DNA from: a virus
DNA: 64,000 nucleotides
IMG/VR virus record: IMGVR_UViG_3300009151_000057
Span: 11,078-75,077 of that record
Reading direction: 5' to 3' (one strand)
Shown: positions 45,609-53,946 of the stretch, in pieces
Numbering within the stretch: position 1 is the stretch's first letter
How the letters are laid out: the number at the start of each line of letters is the position of its first letter
The notes under the pieces: model-generated
What the model was told of the DNA's origin: nothing
The model's input: only the letters and a program-made list of their open reading frames with translations
The model's database searches: none
Made by a program: the position numbers and the translations under genes

Positions 45609-45693
45609 TGGTGCATATACACCAGAAACTGATGAAGTTTGGCATAGCGATTACCGTTTTCGTAAATTGGAACGTCAAGTAACAATGCAATAA
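45409..45693 (+). CDS. Putative o-spanin-like lipoprotein
   Basis: Lipobox LMLSS-C after basic and hydrophobic stretches; +1 frame overlap; TAATATG junction to the next gene. Confidence 0.55.
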   Translation: MTSSKNQETVNHNLLKKSKNLGLKALTTLTISLMLSSCNSVPSKSTANIYQPLILRLKAKQQIQTSDGAYTPETDEVWHSDYRFRKLERQVTMQ

Positions 45694-45694
45694 T

Positions 45695-45934
45695 ATGAAA
45701 ACAATTTTTTTAAAAAATATTCATTTTATCTTATTTGATGATTGGTTTACAAAACTATCAGAAAGTGAACAAGAATCTGTATTACAAAATACACCAGGTA
45801 TAGAAAACTATTTGGGTGTTCATTTAAAGAGTGAAGTTTTTGATGAAGAAAAAGGATTTGAATTTGAAATAATTGATGAAGATAGATGGAATACGGTAAA
45901 ACAAATTCATGAATTTTTACAAAGCGTAGAATGA
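45695..45934 (+). CDS. Hypothetical protein (divergent member of the dispersed paralog family)
   Basis: YLGVH...FEFEIIDEDRW. Confidence 0.6.
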   Translation: MKTIFLKNIHFILFDDWFTKLSESEQESVLQNTPGIENYLGVHLKSEVFDEEKGFEFEIIDEDRWNTVKQIHEFLQSVE

Positions 45935-46632
45935 AAGTAGATTTAATTGATAAAATGGGGTCTGATTTATCAGTCGTTAATGCAGCTAGAGTCAGTTTTA
46001 GCAAACAATCTGAATGGAATTGTGATTATGTAGAACAAATTGATCCTGACTCTAGAACTATTTCACATGAATATACTAAATCCTTAAAAGAAGGAGATAA
46101 AAAATTAATTAATTTTCTTGCTCGCGAAAATCATTGGACTCCATTTGGCCATTGTTCCCTTCAATTTAGAATTAAAGCTCCAATTTTTGTCGCTCGTCAA
46201 TTAGCAAAGCATCAAGTCGGACTTGTATCGAATGAAATCTCTCGCCGCTATGTAGATAGCGAACCAGAATTTTATTTTCCAGAAAAATGGAGAAAAAAGA
46301 ATCCAGATAAAAAACAAGGCAGTTATGAAGATGAATTTGTTGATTTAAAGTTTGCGGAGGAATGTAATATAAAAAGTGTTGTTGAAATATGTAAAAATAC
46401 ATATAATGCAATGCTTAATATGGGAGTTTGTGCAGAGCAAGCTAGAATGATTCTTCCTCAAAACATGTATACTGAATGGTATTGGTCGGGAACATTATTC
46501 GCTTTCGCTAGAGTATGTAGACTTCGCGTTAAAAAAGATACACAAAAGGAAACGAGAGAAATAGCGGAAGAGATCTCAGAATTAGTATCAAAACATTTTC
46601 CAGTCTCTTGGGAAGCTCTTATGTGTAAATAA
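45931..46632 (+). CDS. thyX: Flavin-dependent thymidylate synthase
   Basis: VVNAARVSF, HWTPF, VARQLAKHQ, NEISRRY, EQARMILP, TQKE. Confidence 0.95.
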   Translation: MKVDLIDKMGSDLSVVNAARVSFSKQSEWNCDYVEQIDPDSRTISHEYTKSLKEGDKKLINFLARENHWTPFGHCSLQFRIKAPIFVARQLAKHQVGLVSNEISRRYVDSEPEFYFPEKWRKKNPDKKQGSYEDEFVDLKFAEECNIKSVVEICKNTYNAMLNMGVCAEQARMILPQNMYTEWYWSGTLFAFARVCRLRVKKDTQKETREIAEEISELVSKHFPVSWEALMCK

Positions 46633-46639
46633 TAGTATT

Positions 46640-46852
46640 ATGATACAGTTAATTACATGGGTTGGCTCCCACTCAGATCAAATCATAGGTGCTCTTACTT
46701 CGATTGTAACTGGAGCTTCTGCACTAGCCGCATTAACTCCAACTCCCAAGGACGACACTTTTATCGGAAAATTATATAAAGTCATTGATTTCTTAGCTTT
46801 AAATATCGGCAAAGCTAAAGATAGCGGCAAAAAAGACGAAACACAAAAATAA
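46640..46852 (+). CDS. Small membrane protein (holin-like)
   Basis: IVTGASALAALTPTPKDD...DFLALNIGKAK; GTGTAA at 46623. Confidence 0.65.
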   Translation: MIQLITWVGSHSDQIIGALTSIVTGASALAALTPTPKDDTFIGKLYKVIDFLALNIGKAKDSGKKDETQK

Positions 46853-46870
46853 TTAATATTAATTTAATTT

Positions 46871-46899
46871 AACCTCCACTCAAAAGGTGGAGGTTTTTT
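46871..46899 (+). terminator. Intrinsic terminator
   Basis: AACCTCCAC-TCAAAAG-GTGGAGGTTTTTT. Confidence 0.85.
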
Positions 46900-46915
46900 A
46901 TTGTGTAAATATAGG

Positions 46916-47350
46916 ATGGAAGAAATTCACTCATCCTCTGAGTTAGTGCAGTTACTACATTCTTTTATAGATGGTGGATGGCTAGTACTAATAGTGGGTA
47001 TATGTGGAATGATGGCGAGATTAGCTCTTTTTAGTGGGAAAGTAACATTTGCGTATTGTATTAAAAATTTACTTGCAGCTATGTTATGCAGCACAATAAC
47101 ATGGGTAATTTTAGAAGAAATAAAAATGCATTTTATGTATAAAGCTATAATTTACACATTAGCAGGTTTAGATGCTCCAGAGTTGTTAAGAGGAGCAATG
47201 AAATTAGCTAGTGGATTTGCTCAAGATCCACATTCATTTTTACTACAATTACAAAAGGGAAAATTTTATGGCGGCAAAAACAACGACTCAACAAATAACA
47301 GATCAAATAACAGATCAAATAACAGGACACATAGAGCACGAAGTAAATAG
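46916..47350 (+). CDS. Multi-TM membrane protein (holin-like)
   Basis: Three hydrophobic segments; GTGTAA 13 nt before ATG 46916. Confidence 0.6.
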   Translation: MEEIHSSSELVQLLHSFIDGGWLVLIVGICGMMARLALFSGKVTFAYCIKNLLAAMLCSTITWVILEEIKMHFMYKAIIYTLAGLDAPELLRGAMKLASGFAQDPHSFLLQLQKGKFYGGKNNDSTNNRSNNRSNNRTHRARSK

Positions 47351-48062
47351 AAATAAAATTTTTATTGTATTACTTGGATGCTTAATTCTTTGCATGGCTT
47401 TCTTTGGAAAAGTAATTAATGATAGTGCAAATGATGCTTTCGATAAGGTTGAACAACATTTTACATTATCGAATGATTATTTATCGCCAATTTTTGATAC
47501 TTATTCTTGCGTAACCGTAGATGGAGTAGTTAAAGTTGCCCATAAAATAAAAAACAAAAAAGAAGTTTCGGAAGAAATGAAACTTAGATTTGCTGAAACA
47601 AAAATAAAATTACAATATTATTTTGAAAATACACCTTGTCATAAAAAAGAATTAATAGAAAAATTAAAAAAGCAAACAGATGATACAAATAACTATTGGG
47701 ATAAAATTTTAATAAATTTTGACTCTGACAATGCTTCAAATTTTGCTATGGATACTTTAGAAAGCGGAGAATTATATGCTCAAACTGATCCTATTTTAGG
47801 AACAATAAATTCTTTATTAGATTGTCACTTAGAAACTTCGAAAACAGAGAACAATAAATGTCAAAAATCCTTGAAATCTTTCAAAAGAATCTGTATAGTC
47901 AGTTCATCCATAGGGATAACAATTATAATGGCTGTCATTATAAAATTCTTTACCGAAAAAAATGAAATTCAAAAAGGGCGTAGCAACAATATCAGTGGAA
48001 AAAGTGTGGGACGACCAAAGTCAGCAACACCTCGTAAAAAAGCAGTTCCAAACAAAAAATAA
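47268..48062 (+). CDS. Membrane protein with two TMs flanking a helical periplasmic domain
   Basis: TM1 IFIVLLGCLILCMAFFG, TM2 ICIVSSSIGITIIMAVII, basic tail. Confidence 0.65.
   Translation: MAAKTTTQQITDQITDQITGHIEHEVNRNKIFIVLLGCLILCMAFFGKVINDSANDAFDKVEQHFTLSNDYLSPIFDTYSCVTVDGVVKVAHKIKNKKEVSEEMKLRFAETKIKLQYYFENTPCHKKELIEKLKKQTDDTNNYWDKILINFDSDNASNFAMDTLESGELYAQTDPILGTINSLLDCHLETSKTENNKCQKSLKSFKRICIVSSSIGITIIMAVIIKFFTEKNEIQKGRSNNISGKSVGRPKSATPRKKAVPNKK
47292..47326 (+). repeat. 12-bp tandem repeat, about 3 copies (CAAATAACAGAT)
   Basis: Read as NNRS repeats in one frame and QITD repeats in the other. Confidence 0.85.
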
Positions 48063-48408
48063 ATATCAAAAAGAAAGAGATTTCTATATTGGATATGGTT
48101 TGTTTTTTGATTTTGTCACTGATTTAGTGAAATTTGATGATGAAACTAAAACTATTTGGACCAAATATTGCGGCATTTCATTAAATTTAAAATATCCTTC
48201 CAAAGAAAGATATAAATTTAAACAAGGTATTCGTTCAATAGTTGAACAATTAGAAAGTTATAATTTATTCCATAACGACATAAGATGGAAAAATATAGTG
48301 GAAAGTGATAAAGGTGAGTTATTTTTGATTGACTTTGAGGTCATTTCGAATGATAATAAGGAGAGAGATCCAGAATATATTCTCCGAGATAGACCAAATA
48401 AAAAATGA
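47962..48408 (+). CDS. Small protein-kinase-like enzyme (RIO/Kdo-like)
   Basis: VKK, KE, HNDIRWKNI, LIDFE. Confidence 0.75.
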   Translation: MKFKKGVATISVEKVWDDQSQQHLVKKQFQTKNKYQKERDFYIGYGLFFDFVTDLVKFDDETKTIWTKYCGISLNLKYPSKERYKFKQGIRSIVEQLESYNLFHNDIRWKNIVESDKGELFLIDFEVISNDNKERDPEYILRDRPNKK

Positions 48409-48815
48409 AAACTGTACCAACCGTTCATGAACTGCGAAAGCAAGGATATAAAGTAAGAGTGACTCACATTAGGAAGTTTCAACGCTTTGATCCACAAACT
48501 GGAAAGAAGACGCAATTTTATGCTCCTTTTCAGTCTAATAAATTTTCAAAAAATCATCCAGATTCCCCTTTGATTGCCGAGAAAGAAAAGTATGAAGAGT
48601 TCTTTTTATGCATTCGTGGTGGTGAGACTATCGTTGAAATCGCTTTCAAGGGTAAAGAAATCGGTAGAGGTGTAGCTGTATGCTCTGACGAAGATTCGTA
48701 TGTGAAGAAATATGGCGTAAAAAAAGCTGTTGCGTTAGCCCTAAAAGCTTCAAAACTAAACCAAGATCCATATGCTCATTTAAGGAAACTTTTTAATGTT
48801 AAAAAAACTCCTTAG
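48405..48815 (+). CDS. Hypothetical phage protein
   Basis: GGETIVEI...GVAVCSDEDSY..KYGVKKA. Confidence 0.7.
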   Translation: MKTVPTVHELRKQGYKVRVTHIRKFQRFDPQTGKKTQFYAPFQSNKFSKNHPDSPLIAEKEKYEEFFLCIRGGETIVEIAFKGKEIGRGVAVCSDEDSYVKKYGVKKAVALALKASKLNQDPYAHLRKLFNVKKTP

Positions 48816-48963
48816 TAAGTTTATTTGTTTAGCTTTTTATCATTTAGGCGATATCTGTTGTCGTCTAGGTGATTTTTACTTATATAATAAGTTCATGTCT
48901 TTATCTCTTGACATAGATATCAAAAACAATTTAAATATTTGGAAAGAATCACAAGATGAATAA
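48796..48963 (+). CDS. Small hypothetical protein (not in ORF track)
   Basis: 55 aa, MLKKLLSKFICLAFYHLGDICCR...; fills the gap and overlaps both neighbours. Confidence 0.5.
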   Translation: MLKKLLSKFICLAFYHLGDICCRLGDFYLYNKFMSLSLDIDIKNNLNIWKESQDE

Positions 48964-49858
48964 AACACTATATGTAATATTGCCATACTTTAATTTTTTA
49001 AAGAAAAAAAGTTTCGACAAAAATTTAGATCTTTTTTTAACTAATTTTAAAAAGTATATTAATATACAAATAGTTATCAGTGAAGCGTCATGTGATGGTG
49101 AATTTTTAGAAGTTGAATGTTTTAAACATTTAAAATATCAAACATCTCAAATTCTATGGTATAAAGAAAATTTAATTAATTTGGCAATTAAATCCTTACC
49201 AGAAGATTGGAATTATGTTGCTTGGATAGATAGAGATGTAGAATTTTTAGAAGAATCTTGGGTGGAACAAACTATTAATTCACTTAATAATTTTAGTATT
49301 ATACAGCCTTGGTCAAATATTACATTTTTAGATCAAGATGAAAATCCAGAATTTTCAGAAAAAATAAGAGTATCCTCAGTTAATTTTGCGTTAAATTATT
49401 TTAATTTTGATATTCATTTTCCTCATCCAGGCCATGCTTGGGCAGCAAATAAAAATTTTTTTAATACAGTTGGTTTCTTATATGACAAAATGATATTTGG
49501 TGGCGCTGATTTAATTATTTTTGATTGTATTTTTAACTTTTTACCAAAATTTAAAAAAAAATTTTGTTTATCTAAACAATACTATTCAATATGCGATAAA
49601 TATAGAAATTGTTTTAAATCTGTAAAAGTAAGTTTTATAAATCAAAAAATTATACATCATTTTCATGGCAAAATTGAAGATAGAAGAAAAATACAATTTA
49701 AAAATGAAAAAATAAATAGAGATTTTATTTACAAAGAATTAAATTTAAACGAAGATATGTTCTTTTATAGAGAAGATGGGCTTTTACAATTAAAAGAAGA
49801 TTTTTTATACATTGAAGAAATTTTGAAACAATATCTCTTGCAACGTGCGGAAATTTAA
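48956..49858 (+). CDS. GT-A (GT2-like) glycosyltransferase
   Basis: VILPYFN, WYKENLIN, AWIDRD (DxD), PGHAWA, GGAD, HHFHG. Confidence 0.75.
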   Translation: MNKTLYVILPYFNFLKKKSFDKNLDLFLTNFKKYINIQIVISEASCDGEFLEVECFKHLKYQTSQILWYKENLINLAIKSLPEDWNYVAWIDRDVEFLEESWVEQTINSLNNFSIIQPWSNITFLDQDENPEFSEKIRVSSVNFALNYFNFDIHFPHPGHAWAANKNFFNTVGFLYDKMIFGGADLIIFDCIFNFLPKFKKKFCLSKQYYSICDKYRNCFKSVKVSFINQKIIHHFHGKIEDRRKIQFKNEKINRDFIYKELNLNEDMFFYREDGLLQLKEDFLYIEEILKQYLLQRAEI

Positions 49859-49874
49859 CGTATAGTGAAATTGT

Positions 49875-50393
49875 ATGAATATATTTTGCTTAGATCCAAA
49901 TCCTACAATCGCAGCACAATACAACTGCGACCAACACTGTAATAAAATTGTGCTTGAATGCGCACAAATGATGGCTAATTGTTTCTCTTTAGATGTACTC
50001 CAATCTGCTCCTCCTAACTCTTTGGGTAAACCTCGCAAGCATTCCTATTACAATCATCCTGTATCTAAATGGATGCGGCAAACACTGGGCAATCTGTTCT
50101 GGTCTATCGATCATGCTTTTGCCCTTGAGTCTGAGCGTATCTATCGCGGCTACAATCCTCACTTTTCTATGCGATTTATTCGCTGGGTAGCTGATAATTT
50201 TGACAAAGGAGTCGTGCCAGACGACCAAAAAACCGAATTTGCAGTCGCCATAGCAGACCAGATGCAATGTCGCCAACATCCTGACTTCAATTTGCTTGAC
50301 TCCGTTGGCAAATATCGTCTATATTACCAGCACGACAAGCCCTTTGTTACATGGACTCGCCGCTCACAACCCGATTGGTTTGCTAAAAAATAA
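49875..50393 (+). CDS. Pyrimidine-dimer DNA glycosylase-like protein
   Basis: MNIFCLD..P..AAQYNCDQHCNKIVLECAQM, NHP..KW, YRLYY, WTRRSQPDW. Confidence 0.75.
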   Translation: MNIFCLDPNPTIAAQYNCDQHCNKIVLECAQMMANCFSLDVLQSAPPNSLGKPRKHSYYNHPVSKWMRQTLGNLFWSIDHAFALESERIYRGYNPHFSMRFIRWVADNFDKGVVPDDQKTEFAVAIADQMQCRQHPDFNLLDSVGKYRLYYQHDKPFVTWTRRSQPDWFAKK

Positions 50394-50395
50394 TT

Positions 50396-50770
50396 ATGAA
50401 ATTTCAAACTGCAGCAATAATACTTGGATTAACAATCTCTAGCGCAACTTTTACTGCGCTATCAAGATCTTATCATGATGAAATTGCATATAATAAAGGT
50501 TATGCAGATTCAACTTCATACTTTAAACAAATGCTTTTGGATGAAGGATTTGCAGAATACGATAAAAAAACTGCCGAATGGCATTTACTTGATCCATCTA
50601 CTATTCAAGGCAATTTAATTCCAGTGCCAAAAAGAATTCTTTATACCACAATAGAAGATCAAATTCAATCTTACGAAGATGAATTAAAGGTACTCAAAAA
50701 ACAAAAGGAAATTGCTTCAAAAAGACAACCTCGTTCACAGACTGTAAAGTTAGATATGAAAAAACTTTAG
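50396..50770 (+). CDS. Hypothetical protein with an N-terminal signal or anchor
   Basis: Hydrophobic N-terminus, C-terminal coiled coil. Confidence 0.65.
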   Translation: MKFQTAAIILGLTISSATFTALSRSYHDEIAYNKGYADSTSYFKQMLLDEGFAEYDKKTAEWHLLDPSTIQGNLIPVPKRILYTTIEDQIQSYEDELKVLKKQKEIASKRQPRSQTVKLDMKKL

Positions 50771-51160
50771 TTACATCAAAGTAATTAAATATTTTAATTG
50801 ATTTAAAGAACCTAACATTTCATCTCTTATATTTAAGAGATCAGTACGTCCGCTAAGTTGAGGATCGGAATCAAAAGATTTTAAATATTCAATATATCCA
50901 TCAACAGTATTGGCAATATTTGAAGAAAAACCAAATTCAGATGATGTAGATTTGTAATTGTTTAATTCTAAAACAAAATTAGTCTGAGAAAATACACGAC
51001 CAAAAGTTCCTTGATATGTTTCAACAAATTCATCAATTGATTCTTCCAATGCTTCGTAAGTCATATCTAAAGCCTTATGCTCAGAAAAACTACTAGTTTG
51101 CCAATGAAATACTTTAATTTGATTAAGAATTGTTAATAAAGGAGTAATAATTGAAGCCAT
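50771..51160 (-). CDS. Dps/ferritin-like protein
   Basis: HWQT...EHKALD..YE....IDEFVE; LLNIRDEM...KYL; GTGTAA upstream. Confidence 0.75.
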   Translation of the reverse strand: MASIITPLLTILNQIKVFHWQTSSFSEHKALDMTYEALEESIDEFVETYQGTFGRVFSQTNFVLELNNYKSTSSEFGFSSNIANTVDGYIEYLKSFDSDPQLSGRTDLLNIRDEMLGSLNQLKYLITLM

Positions 51161-51228
51161 ACTGTATAATTACACTAATAGAACATTTTTCAATTGACTT
51201 TTGAATTTCAAGAGTTATTCTAATATAT

Positions 51229-51486
51229 ATGGACATTTTTGTGGAGATACCATTGGATAATTTTAATTCTTTCTTTGAAAAAGAATATTTAAATCATAAT
51301 AAAAGCGCTTCTTATTATGAAATATTCCATAAAATGTCTGAATTCAAAAAGAGTTACGCAAATCAAATTTTAGAAAATTATTATGGATTGCATTACATGG
51401 GTCTTGTGCAAGATAATAATAGTTATAAATTCACAGTACTGAATAAAAAATTGTATAGTATTGCAAAATTAAAATTTGGTATATGA
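51229..51486 (+). CDS. Hypothetical protein, dispersed paralog family
   Basis: C-terminal FTVLNKKLYSIAKLKFGI; TTGACT(51194)-N16-TATTCT promoter. Confidence 0.7.
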   Translation: MDIFVEIPLDNFNSFFEKEYLNHNKSASYYEIFHKMSEFKKSYANQILENYYGLHYMGLVQDNNSYKFTVLNKKLYSIAKLKFGI

Positions 51487-51827
51487 TTTTATATGTTACT
51501 TATGCAACCTTTGCGTATTGGTCAATAGATTTGCGCAAAGAAATAAAATTAAAAATGATTAGCTCTGGTAGCAAAATAACAATGGAAGATTATTTTCCTC
51601 TACAAAATAAAATGACCAGAAAGCATATTGGTTTTGAATACAGTTCTTCTGAAAATGGCGCTGGCTATTATCATAATGCTTTAAATAAATTTTCATCTAA
51701 ACCAACCGCTATTGTTAGAGAAAGCGTTATTAAATTAAGAGTTTTAAATCAAAAAAAATTTACAAATTTTATGTTTAAATATAATAAAGATTTTGATTTT
51801 ATAGACAAAGATAAGGTTATGATGTAA
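51483..51827 (+). CDS. Hypothetical protein, dispersed paralog family
   Basis: HIGFE...LRVLNQKKFTNFMFKY. Confidence 0.65.
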   Translation: MILYVTYATFAYWSIDLRKEIKLKMISSGSKITMEDYFPLQNKMTRKHIGFEYSSSENGAGYYHNALNKFSSKPTAIVRESVIKLRVLNQKKFTNFMFKYNKDFDFIDKDKVMM

Positions 51828-51839
51828 TATAATTTATAT

Positions 51840-52265
51840 GGGGGTGCAAGGATTCGACTATATCGAAGTTTGTAACTAACATGCAATGGGTAGAATTGAC
51901 CATTAAAACAATTCAAAAAATCAAACGCCGAAGATAATACTGACGCTATCTTGGCAGAAGCTGAGTACATCATCAACAACGCTGACTTGTTCATCGTTGA
52001 TGAAGTGTTCGCAGAAGCTGCATAAGAAACAGAAACGGACTCCGTTAAACTTTCTGTAAAACGTAACGGGTAGGGCAAAATCGTGAAACCCTGAGAAATA
52101 AATCGAGAGTTACTGGTAGACTTCGCGCCAGTAGGTAGACTTTAAAAGTAGGTGATGCACCACGGCAACCTTTAGTCATCAAATGCCAAACGTATCTAAG
52201 CATGTAAGTAGTTAGTTATTAATTAGTTATAGGACTCGGCTATCGTCATGCCGACACCTCCACCA
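51840..52265 (+). ncRNA. ssrA: tmRNA
   Basis: 5' GGGGGTG..GGATTCGAC and 3' CACCTCC-ACCA give a G3:U70 alanine acceptor; tag ORF 51927-52025 AEDNTDAILAEAEYIINNADLFIVDEVFAEAA*. Confidence 0.93.
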
Positions 52266-52272
52266 CTTTCTC

Positions 52273-52300
52273 TTGACTTATTGCTTCAGTGTTGTATGAT
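52273..52300 (+). promoter_or_regulatory. Sigma70-like promoter
   Basis: TTGACT-N16-TATGAT, then 6 nt to ATG 52307. Confidence 0.65.
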
Positions 52301-52306
52301 TGCCTT

Positions 52307-52807
52307 ATGAAAATATCAGAATCAGATTTTGAAGCTTTATACAAAGAGTATAAAATTAGATTGTTTAAGTTTGTAGAAAAAATTGTTTATTGTCCAAGTA
52401 GAGCAGAAGATATTGTTCAGGAAACTTTTGCACGCTTGCTTAAGCAAGACTACGAAAAAATAAAAGACCATGTTACAAAATGGCTTTTTACGGTATGTCG
52501 TAATTTATCTTTTAAATTAAAAGCAAAAGAAAAAAGATATGTCACCTTACTTGAAGATGATTCAGATATTATAGATGAAGCAAAAAATCCATCTGAATCA
52601 TTAGATTTTTCAGAACAAAAAGAAAATCTTTTAAAGTGTATTGAAAGACTATCTCCTCTACAAAAGAAAGTTATTAAATTAAGATATTTAAAACAATTAA
52701 ATAATCCAGAAATTGCTAAAACTTTAAAAATAACTGTAAATGCCGTTTCATTTCATGTTTGCAAAGGAAAGCAAAATCTTTTTGAAATTATGAAATTTTC
52801 TCACTAA
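52307..52807 (+). CDS. ECF-type RNA polymerase sigma factor
   Basis: Region 2 AEDIVQETF...KWLFTVCRN; region 4 LSPLQKKVIKLRY...EIAKTL. Confidence 0.88.
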   Translation: MKISESDFEALYKEYKIRLFKFVEKIVYCPSRAEDIVQETFARLLKQDYEKIKDHVTKWLFTVCRNLSFKLKAKEKRYVTLLEDDSDIIDEAKNPSESLDFSEQKENLLKCIERLSPLQKKVIKLRYLKQLNNPEIAKTLKITVNAVSFHVCKGKQNLFEIMKFSH

Positions 52808-52812
52808 ATTGA

Positions 52813-52840
52813 TTGACATTAAACTTAAAATATTTAAACT
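52813..52840 (+). promoter_or_regulatory. Sigma70-like promoter
   Basis: TTGACA-N16-TAAACT, then 6 nt to ATG 52847. Confidence 0.65.
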
Positions 52841-52846
52841 ATAAAT

Positions 52847-53941
52847 ATGAGCATTAAAGTAGAAAAAGATATCAAAATGAATATGTCCTTGAGCCCCTCT
52901 CAAACCAAGGATGCGTTGAGACTACTATTAAAGTCTCGCGAAGTTCCAATGATCTGGGGTCCACCAGGGATTGGTAAATCTGCCATCTGTCAAGAGCTTG
53001 CGAATGAAACAGGGCGCAGACTAATTGATATTCGATTGGCGCTTTGGGATCCAACTGATATTCGTGGCATTCCATATTTTGATCCAGAACATAAACAAAT
53101 GTTATGGGCAGCACCTTCTGAATTTCCAAAGGTAGCTTCCGATAATTCAATCATTCTTCTTGATGAATTGCCTTCTGCAGCACCAACGGTTCAAGTGGGC
53201 GCTTATCAGTTAACTCTTAATCGCAAGATTGGAACTTACTCTTTGCCAGACGGAGTAGATGTAATGGCAGCGGGAAACAGAGAAACTGATAGGGGTGTTT
53301 CCTTCAAGATGCCTTCTCCTTTAGCAAACAGGATGACTCATATCGAAATGAAAGTCGATCACTCTGACTTTATCCAATGGGCTATTGACAACAATATGGA
53401 GACAAGTGTCATTTCTTATTTAGCTTGGGCAAAAGCAGATATATTTGATTTTGATCCTCAGAGATCTGGAAAAGCATTTGCAACCCCCCGTTCTTGGGAA
53501 AAGGCAGCTAATATCATTCAAAACTCTAAAGGTTGTTCGGAAGCCGTTTTGACTTCAGTGATTGCTGGCACTGTCGGAGAGGGATTAGCTATCAAATACA
53601 TGGCACACAGAAAGATTAGCATGAAACTTCCAAAGTCGGAAGACATCCTTGACGGTAAGTTAAAAACATTTAAATATGGAAAAGATATTTCTATACTATA
53701 TGCATTGATCATGAATTGTTGTCACGATCTTCGCGAAAGAAAAGATACTCCTTCTAAGAAGTTTTTGGAATATGTAGATAATTTCTATATGTTTATGTTA
53801 TCTAATTTTCCACAAGAGTATCTTGTGATGGGAGTTAAACTTTCAATCAGAAACTTTGGTTTACCAATTGATCCAGAAAAGTTAAAGAGTTATGATCTTT
53901 TCATGGAGAAAGTTGAAAAACATTTATTTAGTAACGATTAA
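52847..53941 (+). CDS. MoxR-like AAA+ ATPase
   Basis: GPPGIGKS, DPTDIRGIP, LLDE, AAGNR, LANR, TPRSWE. Confidence 0.88.
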   Translation: MSIKVEKDIKMNMSLSPSQTKDALRLLLKSREVPMIWGPPGIGKSAICQELANETGRRLIDIRLALWDPTDIRGIPYFDPEHKQMLWAAPSEFPKVASDNSIILLDELPSAAPTVQVGAYQLTLNRKIGTYSLPDGVDVMAAGNRETDRGVSFKMPSPLANRMTHIEMKVDHSDFIQWAIDNNMETSVISYLAWAKADIFDFDPQRSGKAFATPRSWEKAANIIQNSKGCSEAVLTSVIAGTVGEGLAIKYMAHRKISMKLPKSEDILDGKLKTFKYGKDISILYALIMNCCHDLRERKDTPSKKFLEYVDNFYMFMLSNFPQEYLVMGVKLSIRNFGLPIDPEKLKSYDLFMEKVEKHLFSND

Positions 53942-53946
53942 TTAAA

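Noticed and set aside
51749-52078. 109-aa minus-strand ORF
   Set aside because: It is antisense to tmRNA and its tag frame.
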